64,000 nucleotides of DNA from Deinococcales bacterium (lineage in GTDB: Bacteria; Deinococcota; Deinococci; Deinococcales; JAAFIG01): NCBI GenBank assembly GCA_043778225.1, contig JAYWGM010000094.1, positions 1-64,000 on the forward strand. Direction: 5' to 3'. The notes below the pieces were generated by a model. It saw only the letters and a program-made list of their open reading frames with translations. It was not told the DNA's origin and made no database searches. The position numbers and the translations under genes were made by a program. Shown piece after piece: positions 57,319 through 64,000 of this stretch. Positions within the stretch are counted from its first letter, which is position 1, and each line of letters begins with the position of its first letter.

Positions 57319-58130
57319 GGGCGTTCCTCCAAAGCATGAATTAAGGTGAGGACAGTCTCGAGGTCAGCGTTTTGAGTTTGCGGCGCATACTCAGTCACAG
57401 CAAAACTGATAACTTCAAACTGCTTTTTAAGGCTGTGAATAACTGCCAAAAGACTGGTCAGGTCTAATCCATCTGGCTTTGAGAAACTTGCACTGGCAAA
57501 ACTTTTTTGCACATCCAAATCCAGATGGACGTGGATTTTAGAGTATCCAGCTTTGGCAATTGCTTGGGCTAAACTGCTTGGGTCAGCTTGTAATTCGGTC
57601 ACACTCGAGATATGGATTTTATGTGTCCGAACATACTCGAGTTCGGGTGTGTCAAAATCTCGAGCGCCAGCTAAAAAAACTTGTCTAGGCACAATCGGAT
57701 GGGGGTTGAATGCCGCAAAATCTGGGTCTGAATCGCCAAGATTAGCCCGCAGTACCATGCCATGAAAATGACCGCTTGGACTCGAGATAGGTGTATTCAA
57801 ATCAGCATGGGTATCCAGCCAAACCACAGCTAAATCCTGACCATAAAGCTGGCTTGAGTGTGCCAAGAGTACATAATCGCTCGAGCAATCGCCACCAAGC
57901 AAGGCAATTCGAGTTTTTCCATGCAAAGCAGTTTTGAGTAGCTTCATTGCCTCAAGTAATTCTGGTTTAGCTTTGATAAAATCAGTTTTCTCGAGATTCG
58001 CGTGCTGGGAAACAGGAATCTCGAAACCAGCATGATTAAAAGCAGCCAGTAAAGCATCACAGCCATTTGGCACAAAAGTTTTTACGCCAGCCCCCATCCA
58101 CAACGGAAAGAAAATTCGTTCGTAATTCAT
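57315..58130 (-). CDS. Arginase family protein
   Basis: GGDC, WLDTHADLNTP..SPSG.FHGM and HLDLDV. Confidence 0.9.
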   Translation of the reverse strand: MNYERIFFPLWMGAGVKTFVPNGCDALLAAFNHAGFEIPVSQHANLEKTDFIKAKPELLEAMKLLKTALHGKTRIALLGGDCSSDYVLLAHSSQLYGQDLAVVWLDTHADLNTPISSPSGHFHGMVLRANLGDSDPDFAAFNPHPIVPRQVFLAGARDFDTPELEYVRTHKIHISSVTELQADPSSLAQAIAKAGYSKIHVHLDLDVQKSFASASFSKPDGLDLTSLLAVIHSLKKQFEVISFAVTEYAPQTQNADLETVLTLIHALEERP

Positions 58131-58150
58131 GTTTTATCCTTTTTACCTTT

Positions 58151-59065
58151 TTACCTTTTTACCTTGCTATTCTGCGCCCAAGCTATAAAGCCCATACCAA
58201 TAAAAATAATGGGCAAGGCAATTAGGGTTCGAGTTTCGATTTTCTCGTTAATCAGCCATGCGCCTAAGCCGATTGCCACCAGTGGATTGATGTAAGCATA
58301 ACTGGTTGCCACCGCAGGACGGGTTTTCTCGAGCAAAAAGGTGTAGGCACTGTAGCCAATCATACTGCCAGCCACCACAAGGTAAAGCCAAACCCACCAA
58401 GCATTGGCATTGGGCATTTGCCAAGTTTCGCCCAGTACAAAACTAAGCGGTAAAGCTGCCAAGCCACCCGCCAACATTTGAATACTCGTAGACATCAAAC
58501 CACTTGGCATCTCGAGTTTACGGCTGAGGATACTGCCAAACGACCAAAGCATTGGTGCGGCAAATTGAATCAAAATTGCAGGGTTACTCTGAATGTTGCC
58601 ATCGAGCGTTAGAATTGCCACACCGCAGACCCCAATGCCCATACCAAGCCACTCAAGTTTGTGCGGGCGATTCCCCCAGAGCGTACTCCACAAGCCAGCC
58701 CAAAGCGATGTGGTGGCAATAATCGTGGCGCTCAGTCCACTTGGTGCGCCCCATTTTAGGGCGAGTGTGGTTAAGCCGTTGCCACCAATCACCAAAAATA
58801 AGCCTATGAGCGCCGCGTTTCTGGTCTGGATAGCATTTGGTAATTTGCCACCTCGAGCCAGTAAAATACCAAGCATTAAAAGCCCCGAAAAAATAAAGCG
58901 AATGGCATTGAGTTGAAAACTGGCAAAGCCGCCCGGTTGCACAGCTTGGCGAATCCCAAGGTAGGTGCTGCCCCAAATAAAGTAGAGTGATACCAAGGCT
59001 AAAATAATCAAAAGCGTGTCTCGAGATTTTACGGGTGCAACCAGAGCAGAATTCATGGCTAACAA
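58151..59065 (-). CDS. EamA/DMT exporter (YedA-like)
   Basis: YFIWGSTYLGI and TSYAYINP. Confidence 0.9.
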   Translation of the reverse strand: MLAMNSALVAPVKSRDTLLIILALVSLYFIWGSTYLGIRQAVQPGGFASFQLNAIRFIFSGLLMLGILLARGGKLPNAIQTRNAALIGLFLVIGGNGLTTLALKWGAPSGLSATIIATTSLWAGLWSTLWGNRPHKLEWLGMGIGVCGVAILTLDGNIQSNPAILIQFAAPMLWSFGSILSRKLEMPSGLMSTSIQMLAGGLAALPLSFVLGETWQMPNANAWWVWLYLVVAGSMIGYSAYTFLLEKTRPAVATSYAYINPLVAIGLGAWLINEKIETRTLIALPIIFIGMGFIAWAQNSKVKR

Positions 59066-59124
59066 TATGTGACAAATAGGCTTTTCGTCAATACACCATT
59101 GGGCTTATGTGTTAGAATCCGAAT

Positions 59125-59583
59125 ATGATTCAGCTAGATGAAACCGACCGAGCCATTCTGCGAGAGTTACAACAAGACTGCCGACAGACCTATGCCGACA
59201 TTGCCACCAAGGTTGGTTTGAGTGCCGCAACCGTTCATGCTCGCGTCAAGAACCTCGAGAAGCGCGGTGTAATTAGTGGTTACGGCGCTCGAATCAACGC
59301 CCCAAGTGTTGGTTTAAGTACCTTGGCTTTTATCCAGTTGCGGCTCGAGAATAACTCCAACAGTTTAGCAGTTGCCTCGAATCTTATTCAGTTACCCGAA
59401 ATCGAAGAATGCTACAGCGTGGCAGGAGATGTAGACGCGATCCTCAAAGTTCGCACTTCTAACCCACACGAACTCGAGATGCTGCTCTACCGAATTAAAA
59501 ATGTTCCTGGCGTAACCCGCACCAACACCCTTGTGACTTTATCCACTTTATTCGAGCATCAGCCAATTGAACCAGTCGCCTAG
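59125..59583 (+). CDS. Lrp/AsnC family regulator
   Basis: LDETDRAIL.ELQ.D.R HTH and ECYSVAGD.D; divergent from the exporter. Confidence 0.93.
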   Translation: MIQLDETDRAILRELQQDCRQTYADIATKVGLSAATVHARVKNLEKRGVISGYGARINAPSVGLSTLAFIQLRLENNSNSLAVASNLIQLPEIEECYSVAGDVDAILKVRTSNPHELEMLLYRIKNVPGVTRTNTLVTLSTLFEHQPIEPVA

Positions 59584-60146
59584 TCTTCTTGGGGCGGTAG
59601 ATTCTTGTATAAATCCGAGAGTGTAAAACTGTACTCGAGACTCGGAAAATGCAGCATATCATCAGCCGTAAAGCGTTCGTACAACCACTTACTTTCACTT
59701 CTCGAGAAAACTTCAGCAACTGCTTCTGATTGTGAAAGCAGCACATACTGCTCTAAACTCGGAATGGTTTGGTACTGCTCCCACTTTTCGCCACGGTCAA
59801 TCGCTTCGGTGGTGCTTGATAAAACTTCGACAATAATGCTTGGGCGGTGAATCGTGCGGCTCGAGTCAAGGCTCGAGTTACAAGTCACAACCACATCGGG
59901 ATAGTAGCCTTTGCCATTTGGTACTTTTGTAATCACATCGTTACTGTAAGCATAACAGCCTTTTTCGATGGCGACCTCAAAAAATCGCATCAAACAACGG
60001 TTGGTCACAAAATTATGGCATTTTGTTCCTCCGGGCATGACAAATAGATTACCATCCACAAACTCATGGCGCACATCCGAAGTCGTCTCGAAATGCACAT
60101 AATCCTCGAAGGTCAATTGGGTTTTGACAGGTAAGGCTCGGAGCAT
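59580..60146 (-). CDS. Uma2 family endonuclease
   Basis: RHEFVDG, YYPDVVVTC, IVEVLS.TT...DRGEK and SLEQYVL. Confidence 0.9.
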   Translation of the reverse strand: MLRALPVKTQLTFEDYVHFETTSDVRHEFVDGNLFVMPGGTKCHNFVTNRCLMRFFEVAIEKGCYAYSNDVITKVPNGKGYYPDVVVTCNSSLDSSRTIHRPSIIVEVLSSTTEAIDRGEKWEQYQTIPSLEQYVLLSQSEAVAEVFSRSESKWLYERFTADDMLHFPSLEYSFTLSDLYKNLPPQED

Positions 60147-60188
60147 AACAGCAGTATACTCGAGCCTTATCTGAATTAGAATAAGCTC

Positions 60189-61286
60189 ATGAAACCTAAT
60201 CCATTTCGTATCGAACAATTTTATGCCAAGTACGAATTTAGCACGCCCTATATGCTCTCGAGTTCCGATGCCGAATCGCGTAGCGTCGCAGAATTATTGG
60301 CTTTTGAACCGAGTGCCAAGCTCGAGCAGCTTTGGCTTGGCTACACCGAATCAAGTGGTGCGCCATACTTGCGCCAGACGATTGCTGGAATTTACCAAGC
60401 CATAACCCCAGACGATGTACTGGTGTTCTCGAGTGCTGAAGAAGGGATTTTTGTTTTTTATAACGCCCTGATTGCCGCCACCGACCATGTGATTGTCGAG
60501 TCGCCGTGTTATGAATCGGCATTTGAAATTGCCCGTTGTACTGGTGCAAGTGTCTCGAAATGGCAACGAAACTTTGAAACGGGCTGGGCGCATGACTTGA
60601 CGGCTTTAGAAAGGCTTATTCAAAAAAACACCAAAGCCATTTATATCAACACGCCACACAATCCAACTGGCACAAACATGACTTTGGATACGCTTAACGC
60701 TGTGCTGAATTTGGCTCGAGAACACGGCATCTATGTTTTTTGTGATGAAGTCTACCGAGAACTCGAGCATGACCCACACACCCGTTTACCAGCCGCCTGC
60801 GATTTATACGAAAATGCGATTTCGCTTGGTTCAATCAGCAAGGCTTATGGCTTGCCGGGTTTGCGCTTGGGTTGGTATGCCAGCCGCAACCGCCACGTAT
60901 TACAAGCGGCTCGAGATTACAAAGATTACACCACCATCTGCTCGAGCGCACCTTCCGAATTTTTAGCCGATTTAGCGCTGCGTCACCGCGATATTTTACT
61001 CGAGCGCAATTTGGGTCTGGTGTTGCACAATCTGCCGCTACTCAAGGCTTTTATCACCCGTCACTCGAGCTTGTTTTCGTGGGTCAAGCCAACTGCCAGC
61101 CCAATTGCATTTCCACGTCTCGAGATGCCAAATATAGAAGCATTTTGTGAAGCCGCCGCCTTAGAAGCTGGCGTACTGCTCTTGCCAGGTGCAGTTTACG
61201 ACCAACCAAATCACTTACGGATGGGCTTTGGACGGCGCAATATGCCCGAAGCATTGGCGCAACTCGAGGCATTTTTAGAACGGTAA
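60189..61286 (+). CDS. Class I/II PLP aminotransferase
   Basis: NTPHNPTG, DEVYR and SISKAYGLPGLRLGW. Confidence 0.92.
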   Translation: MKPNPFRIEQFYAKYEFSTPYMLSSSDAESRSVAELLAFEPSAKLEQLWLGYTESSGAPYLRQTIAGIYQAITPDDVLVFSSAEEGIFVFYNALIAATDHVIVESPCYESAFEIARCTGASVSKWQRNFETGWAHDLTALERLIQKNTKAIYINTPHNPTGTNMTLDTLNAVLNLAREHGIYVFCDEVYRELEHDPHTRLPAACDLYENAISLGSISKAYGLPGLRLGWYASRNRHVLQAARDYKDYTTICSSAPSEFLADLALRHRDILLERNLGLVLHNLPLLKAFITRHSSLFSWVKPTASPIAFPRLEMPNIEAFCEAAALEAGVLLLPGAVYDQPNHLRMGFGRRNMPEALAQLEAFLER

Positions 61287-61339
61287 CTCGAGTTTCTGGC
61301 ATTACAAAATTTCAAAGCCACACAGCGTAGACTCGAGCC

Positions 61340-62185
61340 ATGATGCGTTTTGCTTGGCTCGAGATGGGCGTTTTACAACTGCACGGCTCGGACAGAATTC
61401 CATTTCTGCATGGACAATGCACCAACGATGTACGTGGCTTGGCAATTGGTACAACCTGTCGAGCCTTAATTTTGAATGCTAAGGGGCAAATCGAATTTGA
61501 TATTACAGTTTTGCGCCGCAGCGATGACCTAATGGTTTTTTGCCCGCTTGGTCTCGAGGAAGTTTTATTCGAGCGTTTGAAGCGCTATATTATTTTTGAT
61601 GATGTGCAAATGGTTGTTAGCACTGATTGGCGTTTGCTGCATCTGATTCCAGACCTCGGGACAAGTGCTGCTCCTCTCGACCTCGGGACAAGTGCTGCTC
61701 TCCCCTACCTCGAGACAAGTGCTGCTCATTGGGAATCAAATCGCGGTTTTGGGATTGGGCAAGATATTTTATTTTCTGTATCCGAATTGCCAACGCTCGA
61801 GAATGCACGACCGCTCGAGAATTTAGAATTGGCTCGAGTAGAAGCTAGTTTACCCCAAGCCCACAGCGATGCTTTTTTAGGCTTGCTGCCCCAAGAATGT
61901 GGTTTAGAATTTGCTGTCTCGTATAAAAAAGGCTGTTATATCGGGCAAGAAATCATGGCAAGACTCGAGGCTCGAGGTACGAGGCGCTATGAATTGCGCC
62001 GAGTGCGATTAGCCAATGCCGTGGCTCGAGGTACAAAAATCAAACTCGAGCAACGCGAGGTCGGGCAGTTGGGAGCGGTCATTCAAGACGATGCTGCTTT
62101 TATAGCCTTGGCGGTGCTGCGCCGTGACCTCGCGCCAGAGGCTGCCTTACTCGCAGATTCAGTTGCTTTGCGACTCGAGCGGTAA
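61340..62185 (+). CDS. ygfZ: YgfZ/GcvT family folate-binding protein
   Basis: G.DR..FLHGQ.TND and KGCYIGQE signature. Confidence 0.9.
   Translation: MMRFAWLEMGVLQLHGSDRIPFLHGQCTNDVRGLAIGTTCRALILNAKGQIEFDITVLRRSDDLMVFCPLGLEEVLFERLKRYIIFDDVQMVVSTDWRLLHLIPDLGTSAAPLDLGTSAALPYLETSAAHWESNRGFGIGQDILFSVSELPTLENARPLENLELARVEASLPQAHSDAFLGLLPQECGLEFAVSYKKGCYIGQEIMARLEARGTRRYELRRVRLANAVARGTKIKLEQREVGQLGAVIQDDAAFIALAVLRRDLAPEAALLADSVALRLER
61652..61727. repeat. 27-bp in-frame tandem repeat x3 within ygfZ
   Basis: acctcg(g/a)gacaagtgctgctc x3; encodes DLGTSAAPL-DLGTSAALP-YLETSAA. Confidence 0.9.
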
Positions 62186-63025
62186 AACAGCAATGATTTG
62201 GGTTGGATAAACAGCAGGTTTTGCTGTGGACTCGAGCGAAACCATGACCATACGGGTTTGGGCTGGCACAACAAAGTCTGGGCTTAATGGCTCAAAAATT
62301 TGTAATGGCTGCGGGGCGTTGTCCGATGGATTCATAACCCAGATTTGCCAGTGCATCCCTTGGGGCTTATCGGCTCGCAGGTGTAAACGCCATTGATTTT
62401 GGTTATAGCGTTCGATTCGGGCAACAGCTTCGGGTTTGGCTTGCTGCCGAATGCGTTTTAGAATTTGACTCTCAAGCCCAGCCACAGGTTGGCTGGGTAA
62501 AAGCAGTTGAGTTGCCACTTCGATGCCAGCCGATTCTTCTTGGCGGACTCGAGCCTCGAGTAAGACCAGCACTTTTTGGGCAAACTGCTCGAGTTTTTGG
62601 ATTTGTGGTTCGGTAAATGGTCGGGTTTGATGGTCAAAAACACAGACTGTGCCAACCGCACAACCTTCGGAATTGATAATCGGTGCGCCAGCATACGCCA
62701 GTATTTGGGCTTCTTGCAGTGGCGGCATATCAGCAAAGCGTGGCTCGCGCCGCACATTGGGTACAGCTAAAGTGGTGGCTTGGTAAATCGTGTGGGCGCA
62801 CGTTGCCCATTCGCGCTGATTGACGCTGATTTGTGTCCCAAACTTGGCTTTGAACCAGTGGCGGGTTTGGTCTATAAAACCAATAATCGCGATTGGGGCT
62901 TCTAAGGCTGCCGCAACTTCGGCTGCCAAAATATCAAACTGATGTTCTGGAGGCGTATCGAGGACAGCATAAGCATAAAGCGCCTCGAGTCGGGCTGTTT
63001 CGTTGTAAGGCACAGGAGCAATCAT
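62159..63025 (-). CDS. GAF domain protein with RskA-like (anti-sigma K) C-terminus
   Basis: NE..RL.AL..Y.VLDT, C.HTI, YAGAPI and GTVCVFD (GAF); WQIW...P.P and VSLE...PT (RskA-C-like). Confidence 0.7.
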   Translation of the reverse strand: MIAPVPYNETARLEALYAYAVLDTPPEHQFDILAAEVAAALEAPIAIIGFIDQTRHWFKAKFGTQISVNQREWATCAHTIYQATTLAVPNVRREPRFADMPPLQEAQILAYAGAPIINSEGCAVGTVCVFDHQTRPFTEPQIQKLEQFAQKVLVLLEARVRQEESAGIEVATQLLLPSQPVAGLESQILKRIRQQAKPEAVARIERYNQNQWRLHLRADKPQGMHWQIWVMNPSDNAPQPLQIFEPLSPDFVVPAQTRMVMVSLESTAKPAVYPTQIIAVLPLESQSN

Positions 63026-63588
63026 AATTCCACCAATCTTTGGGTTGACCCACCAAGCGCATTGGCTAATTTCTCGAGACCCAAACGCAGTCTGGATTTA
63101 ATTGTACCCAATGGTAGCTCGGTTTTTTTGGCAATTTGCGAATGACTCAGACCCGCAAAAAATGCCAGTTCAATTAATTCGCGTTCATGGGTATTGAGAA
63201 CCCCCAACGCTCGGCTAATCATGGCTTGCTCGAGTGGGTCTCGGTTTGGCTCAAGGCTGTATCGCTCGAGGTTTTCTTCTGGATAATCGGTACGCCGTGC
63301 AGCACGGCGGCGCAAGGCATCTATGCTGGCATGATGGGCAATCGTCATCAGCCAACTGGCGGCACTGCCGCGCTGTTCAAAAAAACCATTGGCACGTTCC
63401 CAAAGTTTAACAAAAACCTCTTGGGTGACATCATCGGCTTCGGACTGGCTGCCAAGAATACGCCGTGCCAAAGAATGCACCCGACTCGAGAAGCGCCGAT
63501 AAAGCTCCGCCAAGGCTTTTTCGTTGCTTAAAGCGACCTGTGCCAGCAAAAACTCATCCGTGCTGTCGTCGGTGTCAAAATTCACCAT
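63022..63588 (-). CDS. ECF RNA polymerase sigma factor (SigK-like)
   Basis: DVTQEVF.KLW, WL.TIAH..ID.LR and LPLGTIKSRLR. Confidence 0.92.
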   Translation of the reverse strand: MVNFDTDDSTDEFLLAQVALSNEKALAELYRRFSSRVHSLARRILGSQSEADDVTQEVFVKLWERANGFFEQRGSAASWLMTIAHHASIDALRRRAARRTDYPEENLERYSLEPNRDPLEQAMISRALGVLNTHERELIELAFFAGLSHSQIAKKTELPLGTIKSRLRLGLEKLANALGGSTQRLVEL

Positions 63589-63662
63589 TGGCAAAGTATA
63601 CGTGTTTATGCCAAGAAATAAGAGCATCAAAAAGTATACGCAGGCTTAGCCCACTTTGGATG

Positions 63663-64000
63663 TCAGTAGCCCATCGCCTGAATGCTGCCCAAACTCAGTT
63701 CTTCTTCTCGAGGCGGCGCACGGCGCTGGTCAAGATGCCAGCCTTGGGGTAAACGCGGAGCTTCACGGAGTTTGCCCGATAAACGTTTACGCAGCGTATC
63801 GAGCTTAGCTAAGTTCTCGAGCAATAAACTTGGGTCATTGCGGGGAATGCGAATTTCTGCGCCATCCTTGGTGTGTCCGATGTCTGGGATTCCAGCGTAC
63901 TCGAGCGTAATGGTTTTGGTCTTGGTGGCACGCACCAGCACCCACTCGAGCCAATCAAATTCGACTGGCTGCATTGCCAAATGGCGGTCGCGCAGTCCTT
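63663..64000 (-). CDS. Partial CDS (3' end), function not recognised
   Basis: Frame is open to the window edge. Confidence 0.55.
   Translation of the reverse strand, partial: GLRDRHLAMQPVEFDWLEWVLVRATKTKTITLEYAGIPDIGHTKDGAEIRIPRNDPSLLLENLAKLDTLRKRLSGKLREAPRLPQGWHLDQRRAPPREEELSLGSIQAMGY

Noticed and set aside
1..64000. tRNA, rRNA, tmRNA, SRP or RNase P genes
   Set aside because: No recognisable signature found by eye; a covariance-model scan would be needed to exclude them fully.

Overview
Bacterial chromosomal segment, most likely Deinococcota. This rests on the dcw protein sequences, an ATP-cone 2-phosphoglycerate kinase and many apparently leaderless genes with TANNNT 5-7 nt before the start codon; taxonomy is inferred by eye. 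The core backbone contains a sugar/G3P-type ABC transporter, fumC, a GntR/DMT/BenE operon, aconitase X, the dcw cluster (mraZ to ftsZ, without murE), a FecCD-type ABC transporter, carA and assorted metabolic genes. The most unusual content is repeat-based. (1) The palindrome CTCGAG is massively over-represented, in the manner of HIP1. (2) A 36-37 bp structured micro-element occurs in 4 copies inserted into other repeats and in frame into an IS3 gene, with a compensatory base-pair change. (3) Three CTCGAG-bounded 36-38 bp direct repeats delimit an array of toxin-antitoxin cassettes at 43.8-45.3 kb. (4) Positions 1-8.1 kb hold a modular array of putative orphan toxin-CT/immunity pairs with Ser/Pro/Thr-rich CTCGAG-dense linkers, alternating with TA/Rpn nuclease genes and disrupted by IS5 and IS3. 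An ECF sigma factor is also paired with an apparent GAF-RskA-like soluble partner. No rRNA, tRNA or CRISPR array was recognised. All family assignments come from motif recognition, not database searches.
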